From Planctomycetota bacterium (GTDB lineage: Bacteria; Planctomycetota; UBA8108; SXIK01), in NCBI GenBank assembly GCA_965223265.1, contig OZ244999.1:3232001-3296000 (forward strand): 64,000 nt of DNA. Reading direction: 5' to 3'. Below, piece after piece: positions 10,332 to 20,201 of this stretch. The notes under the pieces were generated by a model. The model saw only the letters and a program-made list of their open reading frames with translations. It did not search any database and was not told the origin of the DNA. Position 1 is the first letter of the stretch; each line of letters starts with the position of its first letter. Made by a program: the position numbers and the translations under genes.

Positions 10332-10991
10332 ATGAAGACGATGCGGTATTCAGAGAACCTGCGACGCAGGCAACAGGCAGAGAGTTACAACACGAAGTAC
10401 GAGCGCGAGTTTCACAAGAGAGTTTCCGATCGCCGCGAGAAGAAGCTGTTGGCGCAGATTCTTACCGCCTCGGGCCAGCACGACACGATTCTCGATGTGC
10501 CATGCGGTGCTGGCAGACTCTCCGGCGTGATCGCTCGACATGCGAATCGACTATTCGAAGTCGACTATTCGCACGAGATGCTCAGGCTCTGTCGCACCAA
10601 CTCGATGCGCAGCGGTTACACCGCCTTACTCGCCAATTCCACCGTATTCTCGCTTCCGTTCGCCGACAGATCGTTTGACTTAGTGGTTTCTATACGATTG
10701 TCGCACCACATTCCGGAAGCGGCGGCAAGAGAGCGCTATCTGAGAGAGATCTGCCGCGTCGCTAAACGGCAGGTGCTCTTCACGTTTTTCGGCGAGGAGA
10801 GCTGGAAGAATCGGCTGCGCAACCTTCGCCGCGCTCTCGGCTCCTCGAAGCGCGGCAAGATGACGCTCCATCACCGGGACGTTCGACGCATCGCCGAGGA
10901 GTGCGGATTTAGGTGGCGGCGTTCGTGGGCGTTGGCGCCGTTTTTCAGCGGCCACTACTATGCACTTTTGGAACGTGAAGGCCACTATTGA
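10332..10991 (+). CDS. Class I SAM-dependent methyltransferase
   Basis: ILDVPCGAGR, LPFADRSFDLVVSIRLSHH, LREICRVA; ATG lies 2 bp after the kinase stop. Confidence 0.9.
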   Translation: MKTMRYSENLRRRQQAESYNTKYEREFHKRVSDRREKKLLAQILTASGQHDTILDVPCGAGRLSGVIARHANRLFEVDYSHEMLRLCRTNSMRSGYTALLANSTVFSLPFADRSFDLVVSIRLSHHIPEAAARERYLREICRVAKRQVLFTFFGEESWKNRLRNLRRALGSSKRGKMTLHHRDVRRIAEECGFRWRRSWALAPFFSGHYYALLEREGHY

Positions 10992-11017
10992 TCGTCGAGC
11001 GTCGGCCGCACGCACGG

Positions 11018-13261
11018 CTATCTGCGATCCAGAAACTCCAAGAGCTGTACGGCCGGCTCGAACCCCGGCGCCAACTCGAGCGCTCGCTTGGCTGCCGTGC
11101 GCGCCGCGTCGACGCGCTCCTGTTGGACGTAGGTAGTGGCTTGCGCCAACGGATACTCAGGGTTTTGTGGATCGAGTTTCTCGGCTGTGGCTAGATCGTT
11201 GAGACCGCCATCAGCATCGCCCGATTGGATCCGTGCGAGCCCCAGATTGTACCACGCGCGAGTGAACTCCGGCAGCAGCTCGACCGCGCGCTCGAACGCC
11301 ACGATCGCATCTGAAAGGCGTCCCGCCTCGGCGAGCGCGAGAGCGCGGGAGTACGGATACTCAGCCTCGGTCGGATCGAGCTCCTCCGCGCGCTTCAGTA
11401 CGTCAATCGCTTCGTCCAGGGATCCGCGCTGCGACAGAATCACGGCGAGGGCGTGATAGAGCGGCGCTGAGTTTGCATCCCAGACGATGGCCTTGCGTAC
11501 CCACTCCTCGGCGCGGGTTAAGTCGCCGCGGTGCATGTAGAACACGCTGCGCTGAAGGGCTCCTGTCGGTTGGTCGGCGCTCACATCGAGCGCGACGGCG
11601 AGCTCTTTCCCTGCACCACGGCTCGTGTCGATCGTGCTTCGGCGAGACCACGCAGACTCAATCCGTACGAATCGGGAGACGTCGCCGCCGAGATGCGCGA
11701 CTTGAGGCAGGTTCTCACCGAGCGGGCCGAGCGCTCGAATCGCCGTGCCGCGCACGAGGGGATGCGAGTCTCCAAGCCGTCCGGTAAGCACGTTCAAAAC
11801 GTCCTCGCGGGCAGCCCAAGGTTCGAGAAGGCTGACCGCGACGGCTCGCCACACGGGTGACTTCTCCGACCGCGCGAGGCGCTGAAGTTCGGGGACGGCG
11901 CGCACGTCACCAGCTTGGGCCGCAGCAACTGCTCGCGCTCGTTTCCTCGTGTTTCGCTCGAGTCGTTCGCCGTACCATTTGCTCGCAGCATCGATGGCCC
12001 AGTCGACGCTGCGATCGTCGTGGCAACGATTGCAGGCGTTGGGAATCCCTAGCTCGCGTGTCAACAGCGGATCCGGAATGGTGAAGCCGTGGTCGCGGCG
12101 CGGGTGGCGCTGCATGTAGGTGGTGAGTGGCATATGGCAGTTGACGCACTGTCCCCCGGCGCCGTTGACGTCGTGATGGCTGTGCGCTGCCGGATCGATT
12201 TTCCCTTTGTGACAGGAGAGGCAAAGGGCGTTACCTTGCAGACGGAGCTTGCCCGAGTGCGGCTCGTGGCAGTTGATGCAGCGTACACCCTCGGTGTACA
12301 TGCGACTCGAGTAGAAGGAGGTGAATTCGTAATCCTCTTCGAGAACCTGACCGTCGGGGTAAAAGATTGCGGGGTCATCCGGTAGTACGAGTCGGTAGTG
12401 ATCGAAGAACGGCTCTCCCGGCTCGTAGCGATGCGTCAATTCGCCGCGTCTCGCGTGGCACGACCCGCAGGTATCAAAGACCGTATCCAAGCTTCGCGCT
12501 GGGCGTAACGGCCACGGTTTCGATGCCGGATGCATGCCGTACCAGTCCACATGCTCCTGGTATGGTCCGTGGCAAGCTTCGCAACCGACGCCGATTTCGA
12601 GCCAACGTGTGGAGTAGGTGTCGGTGGCAATCTCGTAGTTCTTTTCGAGCTTCGTCATGTGGCAGCTGGCGCACATCGAGTTCCACGTCATGCCGCGGCT
12701 GGCCCAGAAGCCCCACTCGTGCGGTTTTCGGTCTTCGTCGCCGTAGACGTTGAACCATTCCTTCTTCGCCGGGTCGAAGGCGACTTCTGTGACCTGGTAG
12801 CGTCCCCCTTCGAACGGGATGACGAATTGGTACAGCGGGTCGACGCCGATCACACGTTTCGGCACGTGTGCCTTAACGGTGTTGTCTGCCGAGAGCGTCA
12901 CCACTTCGAGCGACTCGCCGGCGAGGCGAAACTCAGAGTGCGTCGTTCCGCTGAGGAGAGTCTGAGTCGGAGCGAACGCGTGACGATCGGTTGCGACATC
13001 CACTGGGCGCTCAGCCAGCCCATGATGCGACCCTTTCCAGGCGCGGAACTGATCCTCGTGGCACGGCCGACAGCTCTGAGAGCCAGCCCAGTTGCGCTCG
13101 GTGCTCGGGCGGGAGCCCCGCGACGTAGAAGGGGGCGCGTGAGGCGAACGAGTCCCGCTCGCGTGGTCGCTCCTCCTTGTGTCACGAGTGACGTAGATGC
13201 CGAGGCCAGCGAAGAGGGCCGTCAACGTCGTCAAAATGACCCAGATCTCGAGGCGACGCAC
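11018..13261 (-). CDS. Membrane-anchored octaheme cytochrome c with HEAT and TPR repeats
   Basis: Eight CxxCH motifs (CRPCH, CASCH, CEACH, CGSCH, CINCH, CLSCH, CVNCH, CNRCH), N-terminal TM helix, HEAT-like LVRGTAIRAL, C-terminal TPRs (AWYNLGLA). Confidence 0.9.
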   Translation of the reverse strand: MRRLEIWVILTTLTALFAGLGIYVTRDTRRSDHASGTRSPHAPPSTSRGSRPSTERNWAGSQSCRPCHEDQFRAWKGSHHGLAERPVDVATDRHAFAPTQTLLSGTTHSEFRLAGESLEVVTLSADNTVKAHVPKRVIGVDPLYQFVIPFEGGRYQVTEVAFDPAKKEWFNVYGDEDRKPHEWGFWASRGMTWNSMCASCHMTKLEKNYEIATDTYSTRWLEIGVGCEACHGPYQEHVDWYGMHPASKPWPLRPARSLDTVFDTCGSCHARRGELTHRYEPGEPFFDHYRLVLPDDPAIFYPDGQVLEEDYEFTSFYSSRMYTEGVRCINCHEPHSGKLRLQGNALCLSCHKGKIDPAAHSHHDVNGAGGQCVNCHMPLTTYMQRHPRRDHGFTIPDPLLTRELGIPNACNRCHDDRSVDWAIDAASKWYGERLERNTRKRARAVAAAQAGDVRAVPELQRLARSEKSPVWRAVAVSLLEPWAAREDVLNVLTGRLGDSHPLVRGTAIRALGPLGENLPQVAHLGGDVSRFVRIESAWSRRSTIDTSRGAGKELAVALDVSADQPTGALQRSVFYMHRGDLTRAEEWVRKAIVWDANSAPLYHALAVILSQRGSLDEAIDVLKRAEELDPTEAEYPYSRALALAEAGRLSDAIVAFERAVELLPEFTRAWYNLGLARIQSGDADGGLNDLATAEKLDPQNPEYPLAQATTYVQQERVDAARTAAKRALELAPGFEPAVQLLEFLDRR

Positions 13262-13656
13262 TACGAGGCGCTCCCATTTGGCTGCGCCCGCTGGCGGCAG
13301 AAGGCTGCACTGGAGGCGGCCGCGAGGTGGCTTCCAGCACTCTCAAATTCTGTCTTCATGAAACTCGAGCCGATGGGGAATTCTTTCCAATGACGTCGTG
13401 CTCGCTGTTATACGGAAAATCGGTCGGCACGCCAATGCTTGCGTCTCGAGCGCGGTTTGAGGCGGTGACACGGCAGCCGCCACTGGACGTCATCCTACCT
13501 GCTCAGCGCGCGAGCGTCAGAATGTTGATTCCCTTTGCTTCCGCTTGCGGCAAAATGCGGCCTTTGGCGACGCGCCCGGCGCGGGTCGACGCCCACCGCT
13601 CACCTCTGTTTGTGTGAGTGTTCGAGACCGCTTAACGTGTACGGAGAGGATGTCGA

Positions 13657-14136
13657 ATGTCCTACACCTGGTTGTTTTTCGTTTTGGGTGCTGTGTTGTC
13701 GTGGGGGGCCTACGGCCCGACGCTCCACATTGGGCAATCAGGGTTTGCGGACCCAGCGCCGCTGAACAAGTCGCTGCGAGCGCTCTTCTGCGTCGGCGGG
13801 GCATACTTTCTTGTTGCGGTCTTGGTCCCAGGCGTTCTCCTCGGGATGAAGGGCGAGCTGGCAGGCTTCACTGGCAAAGGGGCTGCCTTCTCGACCATTG
13901 CCGGGGTGTTGGGCGCGCTTGGCGCCGTCTGTATCACCTGGGCGTTCAAGAGCGGCGGCAGTCCGTTCATTGTCATGCCGCTCGTGTTCGCCGGTGCACC
14001 GGTCATGAACGCTTTGATCTCAGCGTTGTCTCACCCGCCGCAGGGTGGCCTGCGCGACGTGGACGTCCGTCTGTGGATCGGCTTGGCCATGGCCGCAGCG
14101 GGCGCCTTTATGGTGCTCAAGTACAAACCGGCCTAA
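13657..14136 (+). CDS. Small multi-pass membrane protein (DMT/EamA half-like)
   Basis: About five hydrophobic segments; WGAYG and VMPLVFAGAPVMN; GAGAGGA upstream. Confidence 0.75.
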   Translation: MSYTWLFFVLGAVLSWGAYGPTLHIGQSGFADPAPLNKSLRALFCVGGAYFLVAVLVPGVLLGMKGELAGFTGKGAAFSTIAGVLGALGAVCITWAFKSGGSPFIVMPLVFAGAPVMNALISALSHPPQGGLRDVDVRLWIGLAMAAAGAFMVLKYKPA

Positions 14137-14208
14137 CTCGCTCATGCGCAAAACAGCTTGCCACGGTTCACCGCGCCAACGGCGAGTCAGCGGCGGACGC
14201 GGGCGGGG

Positions 14209-15882
14209 TCACACGAGGCGCTTGCGATCTCGAAGCGCCGCGAGCGCCGCGTTCCGCCCCGGCGCGCCGAGAACACCACCGCCCGGATGGGCACCCGCGC
14301 CGCATAGGTAGAGTCCGTCCACCGGGGTGAGGTAGCGGCTCCAGCCGTCGGCGGGGCGCAGCCAATAGAGCTGATCGAGGCTCATCGCGGCGTGAAAGAT
14401 GTTGCCTCCAGTGAGGCCGAAGATGCGCTCAAGATCACGAGGGCTGAGGACGTCGCGAGCGATCACGGACGCCGTAAAGCCCGGGGCGAATCCTTCGATG
14501 ACCGCAAAGACGCGGTCGGCGAAGCTGCCCTTACGGCCTGGGTCGTCCCAAGATCCTGCGGCGAGGTCGTATGGCGTGTACTGCACAAAGAGAGAGGCTA
14601 CGTGTTTTCCCGTCGGCGCCAAAGAGTCGTCGACTGCGGACGGAATCGTCATTTCGATCACCGGGCGCCGCGAGGCCTCCCCTTTTTCCGCATCACGAAA
14701 CGCTGATTCGATCTCATCGAGGGATTGAGTTAGGTGGATCGTACCGCGATGCTGCGGCCCCGGTTCACGGCCGCGAGCCGCGGTGAAATCGGGTAGGCGA
14801 TCGAGGGCGACGTTGATCTTGGTCACCCCGGAGGACATGTCGAGGTGCGCTATGCGTGCGTGGAAGTCGGACGGCAGACACTCCGCAGGCAGCAAGTCAA
14901 GAAACGTCCGCTGCGGATCCAGGCTCGACAGCACCTGTTGTGCCGTGTGCTCGGTGCCGTCGGCGAGCACGATTCCGCGAACTCTGCCGTCTTTGACGGT
15001 GAGCTGGCTGATTTCGCTCTGTAACTGGATCTTGGCGCCGTGGGCTTCTGCCGCACGACGCAGTGCCAACGTCAGGCTGCCCATGCCGCCGCGAACGTAG
15101 CCCCAGACGCCGCGTGCGCCGTCCGTCTCGCCCATGACGTGGTGGAAGAGCACGTAGCCGCTGCCTGGCGTCGACGGGCTGATCATCGCCCCGATAATCG
15201 CGTCGGTCGCCAGTGTGGCGCGCAGCGGTTCCGATTCGAACCAGCGCTGCAGCAAGCGGCTTGCGGGCGCTGTCATCCATTCGACAAGCGACGGCAGATC
15301 GTTGCCGAGCCGTAGCGCCCGAATTCCTGCACCGAAGAGCGTCGGCCACTCTGCTGCGCGGCGCAGTTGCCGGCCCAGCCGTGGTTCGATCGGCGGCGAG
15401 TCGAGGAGCGGTTCGAGAAACTCGGCCAGTTTTGTGAGAGTTTGCTCGTAACGCGGGAAAGAGTCGGCGTCGCGCTGAGAAAACTGAGCGATCGATCGCG
15501 TCGTTGCTTTCTGATCAGGTCCAAGATAAAGGGCGCGTCCATCGCCGCACGGGGTGAATGACGAAGGATTCCTTGGTAGCATCTGAAAGCCGTACGCCTT
15601 GAGATTGAGATCGCTGATGATGCGGGGGCGGAACAGGCTGTTGACGTACGCCGCGCGGGAAAACTTAAAACCAGGCACGATCTCTTCTGTGACGCACGCG
15701 CCTCCGACGACATGACGGCGCTCGACCACGAGCGTCTTCAAGCCGGCGAGGGCTAAATACGCTGCGCACGTGAGTCCGTTGTGGCCCGCCCCAAGGACGA
15801 TCGCGTCCCATGAATTTGCCTTCGTCGTTGGTTGGGCCAAGTCTCGTGTCCTCTGCGATCTCGAAACGGGAGAGCTCACCAC
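14209..15882 (-). CDS. Phytoene dehydrogenase-like FAD oxidoreductase (PYROXD2-like)
   Basis: GAGHNGL dinucleotide fold, GGACVTEE, YVRGGMG, GGNIFH, LYLCGAGAHPGGGV. Confidence 0.9.
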   Translation of the reverse strand: MVSSPVSRSQRTRDLAQPTTKANSWDAIVLGAGHNGLTCAAYLALAGLKTLVVERRHVVGGACVTEEIVPGFKFSRAAYVNSLFRPRIISDLNLKAYGFQMLPRNPSSFTPCGDGRALYLGPDQKATTRSIAQFSQRDADSFPRYEQTLTKLAEFLEPLLDSPPIEPRLGRQLRRAAEWPTLFGAGIRALRLGNDLPSLVEWMTAPASRLLQRWFESEPLRATLATDAIIGAMISPSTPGSGYVLFHHVMGETDGARGVWGYVRGGMGSLTLALRRAAEAHGAKIQLQSEISQLTVKDGRVRGIVLADGTEHTAQQVLSSLDPQRTFLDLLPAECLPSDFHARIAHLDMSSGVTKINVALDRLPDFTAARGREPGPQHRGTIHLTQSLDEIESAFRDAEKGEASRRPVIEMTIPSAVDDSLAPTGKHVASLFVQYTPYDLAAGSWDDPGRKGSFADRVFAVIEGFAPGFTASVIARDVLSPRDLERIFGLTGGNIFHAAMSLDQLYWLRPADGWSRYLTPVDGLYLCGAGAHPGGGVLGAPGRNAALAALRDRKRLV

Positions 15883-15910
15883 GACGGCATGAGAGTTTTG
15901 ACGTAGTTAA

Positions 15911-16069
15911 CAGCCCGTTGAAAAAGTCATTCGGCCGAGAAACTGGCCTCTTCGCGCCCAGATCGATCGCGTCAATACTCGAAAATCTCGGAGATTACCT
16001 GCGTTTGCCGCGGCCGATCTGGACGCGAAGAGACCAGTTTTCGGCTCGAAGCACTTTTTCAACGGGCTG
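15911..16069. mobile_element. MITE-like palindromic element, family A (longest copy, 159 bp)
   Basis: Perfect 17-bp terminal IRs CAGCCCGTTGAAAAAGT / ACTTTTTCAACGGGCTG flanked by TTAA on both sides; internal arms also complementary. Confidence 0.85.
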
Positions 16070-16275
16070 TTAAGTTAAGCCTGGGCGTGAAGAGGCCGGT
16101 TACCGTGGTCGGACGACTTTTTCGCTGCGCCGCCACGGCTAACGGCATTCTCATCGCCGGAATATTCTAGTATGACGTGTCTGCGCAATATGTCTACGGC
16201 ATGCCACGACGACGGTGTCGGCGGGGCGATGTGTTGATGAATCGGTGATGTTTCGGTGACGAATCACCCGTACAG

Positions 16276-17415
16276 ATGATCTTCGGAGTCGTGATGGTCG
16301 ACGCTGGTGTCGCGCACGCTGAGAACGACAAGTCTGCATCTTGCTCGGTGTCTGCTCGCCGCTGGGTTTGGGCGTTGGTCATTCTCGCGCTCGCCCTCCT
16401 TGTCTGGACGTTGGTTCCCGTTCCAGCCTCTTTCGTCGAAGCGTACTACTCGCGTGGTGTCTTTCGATGGATCGCACACGTTGTCGCAGGCGCTTCTGCG
16501 GTCGTGCCGTTTTCGCTGACGTTAGTGTCAGGTTTTGGCGTCTTCATGTTTTTGTTCTGGTTCTTCGGGGTTCGTTTAAGGCGTTCGGTGCGAAGCAGCT
16601 TGAAGCCTAAGCGCACGTATCTGTTGAAGGCGAGCGTCGCGTTCGCGGTTGTTGCGCTCTCGTTCTATGCTTGGTTTCTCGTTTTCTGGGGGATCGGGTA
16701 CCGCCGGGAACACCTCGAAGTGCGCTTGGGGCTTGCGCATGCGGATGCCGACACGTCCGCCCGCCGAGCGTGCGCGGAAGGGCTCCTCAATATCGTTCGC
16801 CACACCTCTGCTTCCCGTGACCTGCAGCGCGTGTCCGCGGCAATCGAAGACATCAGCGAATCCATGGCTGAGCACGTCCGTCAGTGGGAGGAAGGCTCTC
16901 CGACGTTGCCGACGGGTGTGAAGACTTTACCGCGTGGCTGGCTCCTCAGTAGCGGGACGAGCGGCGTCACTTCGCCTTTCTTTTTGGAGCCGCACGTTGA
17001 TGGAGGGTTGCCACCGGCGGCGTTTGTGGCGGTCGCTGCGCACGAGTTGGCACACGTCGCGGGCTACTGCACGGAGTCGGACGCCGACCTCGTCGCGGCA
17101 ATCGCAGGACTCTCCGCTGCCGACCCGTTCGCTCGCTATTGCGTCGCGCTTTGGCTTTTCGACGAAGTCAGTAGCGGACTCGACGACGCGGCTGAGTGGA
17201 GGGCGCGGTTGCCATCTGAAGCCAAGGAGGATCTCGCTGCGGCGCGGGAAGCCGCGAGACGCTATCGTTTGGCCTGGCTGGCACGACTGCAGTCGCGCGT
17301 CTACGACTCTTATCTGAAATCCCAGCGAGTCAGTGACGGCATCGAGAGTTACCGCCGCGGTATCGAGCTGGTCGTGCGCGCGGCGCGTGCCGGAGTGATC
17401 GACTTAGCGCCGTGA
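16276..17415 (+). CDS. DUF3810-like membrane protein with HExxH motif
   Basis: VEAYYSRGVF, TM segments, WGIGYRR, SPFFLE, HELAHVAGY..E.DAD, YDSYLK. Confidence 0.75.
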   Translation: MIFGVVMVDAGVAHAENDKSASCSVSARRWVWALVILALALLVWTLVPVPASFVEAYYSRGVFRWIAHVVAGASAVVPFSLTLVSGFGVFMFLFWFFGVRLRRSVRSSLKPKRTYLLKASVAFAVVALSFYAWFLVFWGIGYRREHLEVRLGLAHADADTSARRACAEGLLNIVRHTSASRDLQRVSAAIEDISESMAEHVRQWEEGSPTLPTGVKTLPRGWLLSSGTSGVTSPFFLEPHVDGGLPPAAFVAVAAHELAHVAGYCTESDADLVAAIAGLSAADPFARYCVALWLFDEVSSGLDDAAEWRARLPSEAKEDLAAAREAARRYRLAWLARLQSRVYDSYLKSQRVSDGIESYRRGIELVVRAARAGVIDLAP

Positions 17416-17606
17416 CGAATCGCGGCGCCCTTGCGTCTCGGCGATGCGCGATCCGGCGCCGCGAAGGCGACGCTTCATCTGAGGTGCAGGTGAACCAGCA
17501 CTGTGTTTGCCTCCGCTTCCGGCTCGTTGTTTTCTCCGTCCTTCGCGCGCTGTCTCTTTGCTGGACCCTCGGCTATAAATAGGACTGAATTCAACTGAAT
17601 CGCGAG

Positions 17607-18002
17607 GTGCAACACGTGAATCTTTCTTCCGAGTCGACACCGCAAGGGTATGCCTTGGCCGATCTTGACCAGATCGCGCCCGTGCCCTGTCCCTGTGGCT
17701 TCTCTCGCCGCGCATTCGCCGATCCGCAAATGAGTCCTGCGAGCCTTCACCGTGTGGACATCTCGGTGGACAGCCAGACTCATTACCACAAGCAGCTTAC
17801 AGAGATTTACTACGTCCTCGAAGGCGAAGGGCGCATCGAGCTGGACGGTGAGTCGTTTCCCCTGCGTCCAGGGAGCTCGGTCTTGATCAAGCCGGGCACA
17901 CGTCATCGTGCCGTAGGACGGCTGCAGGTGATCGTGGTTTCGATGCCGCCGTTCGACCCGAGTGACGAGTTTGTCGTCGAAGATAGCGCGCCCGCTTCGT
18001 GA
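17607..18002 (+). CDS. Cupin domain protein
   Basis: HYHKQLTEIYYVLEGEG and IKPGTRHRA cupin motifs; PCPCG near the N-terminus. Confidence 0.9.
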   Translation: MQHVNLSSESTPQGYALADLDQIAPVPCPCGFSRRAFADPQMSPASLHRVDISVDSQTHYHKQLTEIYYVLEGEGRIELDGESFPLRPGSSVLIKPGTRHRAVGRLQVIVVSMPPFDPSDEFVVEDSAPAS

Positions 18003-18082
18003 GGCCGGCGCTGCATGAAGTGTGACTTTGCGCCCTCGCCCGCTGCGCATGAGATAGCGACCGCCTCTGCGGTTCAACGCAT

Positions 18083-18877
18083 CTATGTCGCGAGGCGGCG
18101 TAAGCGCAGAATCCTCTCTGCCAGCCCGGCACGGCTGGAGAAACAGCTGTCGGAGCTTGAGCGACCCTCGGTCTCGTTCGGCAGCAGTGGTTGAAGCCGC
18201 TCGAGGAGTCTGAGGAGGCCGTGCCCATCGAACCCCGCCTGCTCGGCTAAACGTACACTCCACATGTCCGCATCGAACTCCTGCTCTTCGGTGTAGCCGC
18301 GCTGGACGAATCCGTCGAAGCCTTGTACCGCACGAGCTAAAAGAGTGCGGCGCATTTGTAGCAGTTTGACCCCGGCGTTGAGCGCGGTCTGCTTCGCCAG
18401 GTGGCGTACAGCGTGTTTGAGGTCGATATGAACGATCTCGTGCGCCAGTAAACCTGCGAGCTCCGAGTCGTCTCGGCACAGTTCGACAAGTGGTCTGGAG
18501 ACGATCACGGTTCCGCCTGGGATCGCCATCGCTTTGGGCTCTGGTTCGGCGGTCATCACGAAGCGATAGGGAATCTCGGCGCGCCGCACCAACCGGAGCA
18601 GCCTGGCGCCGACCGCGTCGACGTGAGACGTGAGCTGGTCAGCGGAGGAGAGCGGAACCGCCGACAAGTATTTGCCGGCGACGGCCGCGCCAGCTTTGAT
18701 CTCGAACACTGCTAAGGAGCCATCATCGTCCGCGTCGCTCGTGAGGCCTCGGCCGACGTCCCGGACGCCGGCGATCGAACGTCCGAGGCCCTTGAGCATT
18801 GCCGGAATTCGTCGATGGAGGAAGAGCAGAGTAAAGAGCAGAATCAGGATCAATACGGTGCTCGGACTGGGGAGCAT
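18083..18877 (-). CDS. M48-family zinc metallopeptidase with a TatA-like N-terminus
   Basis: AMAIPGG, ELAGLLAHEIVH, EQEFDAD; N-terminal TM helix plus amphipathic helix; start set at ATG 18877. Confidence 0.85.
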   Translation of the reverse strand: MLPSPSTVLILILLFTLLFLHRRIPAMLKGLGRSIAGVRDVGRGLTSDADDDGSLAVFEIKAGAAVAGKYLSAVPLSSADQLTSHVDAVGARLLRLVRRAEIPYRFVMTAEPEPKAMAIPGGTVIVSRPLVELCRDDSELAGLLAHEIVHIDLKHAVRHLAKQTALNAGVKLLQMRRTLLARAVQGFDGFVQRGYTEEQEFDADMWSVRLAEQAGFDGHGLLRLLERLQPLLPNETEGRSSSDSCFSSRAGLAERILRLRRLAT

Positions 18878-19024
18878 GAGAACTCTACGTTCCACGTTGC
18901 AACAACTAGCGAGCAAACGGGCCGTGAAAGGCGTCGGTTTTCGTGCGCGGCGCGCCGACGTTTCGCCGGCGTTTTGGAGACGTAGCCAGACTCGACGACT
19001 GGGCCGGTCGTGAGTGAAGCGCAC

Positions 19025-19951
19025 TCAGCTCCTTCTCTGATACGACGGTGAAATCCCTTCGATCTCCCAAAGTCCAGCTGCTTCAAGGGCCGCCTTCAAT
19101 TCCGTTTTTTCTTTCGCGTCGAGGTCGCTGATCGGAGCGCGAGGGCCGCCGACGTCGAAGTCCAGGACGCTTAAGGTTCCTTTGACGGCCGCGATGTTCG
19201 GGTAGCGATCGATCACGTTGATGAACCGGTTGGCCAAAAGCTGCAGCTCTCTTGCCTTGACCAGATCACCCGATTCGTATTCGGCCCACATTCTCCGGAA
19301 CACCGGCAAGAGGTAGTTGTAGTTCGAGCCGACGGCGCCCTGTCCGCCCAACAGCAGACTGGAAAGGAACATGCAGTCAACACCGCAAACGAACTGGTAA
19401 GCGTTACCGATAGCGCTTTGCACCTGCTGGAACAGGGCGAAATTGGGGTCCGACCACTTCATCCCGGCGAAGTTTGGTAGCTTGACGAGCTGTTCAGCGA
19501 AAGCTACGTCGATCGGAAAGCCTGTGCAGCCGGGGATATGATAGTAGTAGAAAGGCAACTCTGTGGACGTCGCAATCTCGCGCAAGTAGTCGAGCGCCGA
19601 ACTGCGACGGGTCGGGTAGTAATAGGGTGGTATGCTGCTGATGGCTTGCGCGCCGGCTCGCGCGGCGTGCTGGGCAAGCCGCACGGCGTCTCCGACCTGC
19701 GGCGAGGCGACATGGACGGTGATCGGTACCTGTCCTGTGACTTCGGAGGCGACGAGCTCGGTGAGCTTCTCTCGCTCTTCGAGGGCTAACACAGGGAACT
19801 CGGCTGTCGTTCCGCAGATGAAAAACCCGTGCGCCCCCTGCGCGATGAGACGTGAAATGAGTTCACGCTGTAGCGCTGTGTCGATACCTCCACTCTTGTC
19901 ATACGTTGTCACGAGTGCTGGAAAGATCCCTCGAATCGGGCGGTCGTCCAT
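19025..19951 (-). CDS. Dihydrodipicolinate synthase / N-acetylneuraminate lyase family protein
   Basis: GIFPALVT, CGTTAEF, PPYYY, YYHIP, GMKWS (Schiff-base Lys), GAVGSNYN. Confidence 0.9.
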   Translation of the reverse strand: MDDRPIRGIFPALVTTYDKSGGIDTALQRELISRLIAQGAHGFFICGTTAEFPVLALEEREKLTELVASEVTGQVPITVHVASPQVGDAVRLAQHAARAGAQAISSIPPYYYPTRRSSALDYLREIATSTELPFYYYHIPGCTGFPIDVAFAEQLVKLPNFAGMKWSDPNFALFQQVQSAIGNAYQFVCGVDCMFLSSLLLGGQGAVGSNYNYLLPVFRRMWAEYESGDLVKARELQLLANRFINVIDRYPNIAAVKGTLSVLDFDVGGPRAPISDLDAKEKTELKAALEAAGLWEIEGISPSYQRRS

Positions 19952-20201
19952 GGTTCTTCTTTCGTTCTCGGGTGCTGCAGGCAAGGTGGTATGGCATCGC
20001 CAGCGCCGCGGCGCTCTTCCGGTCGACGCTGGTGCCGGAGTCCTCCAAGAGTTTGCCAGCTGTAACTCTGGATTCCTATTCTTTGTTTCACGATGCCCGC
20101 AGGGTTCTCAGGGCCGAGTCGGGTGAGCTGCGGCGAGTTGCGGTCTCGGCGGTGCTTCCTGATTCTCGGTTCGCTTGTCGACGTTTGGCGGTGAGTGTTT
20201 G

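Noticed and set aside
13425-13442. Possible sigma54 promoter CGGCACGCCAATGC
   Set aside because: GG-to-GC spacing is 9 nt rather than the required 10; I also saw no convincing -24/-12 site ahead of the pilin cluster
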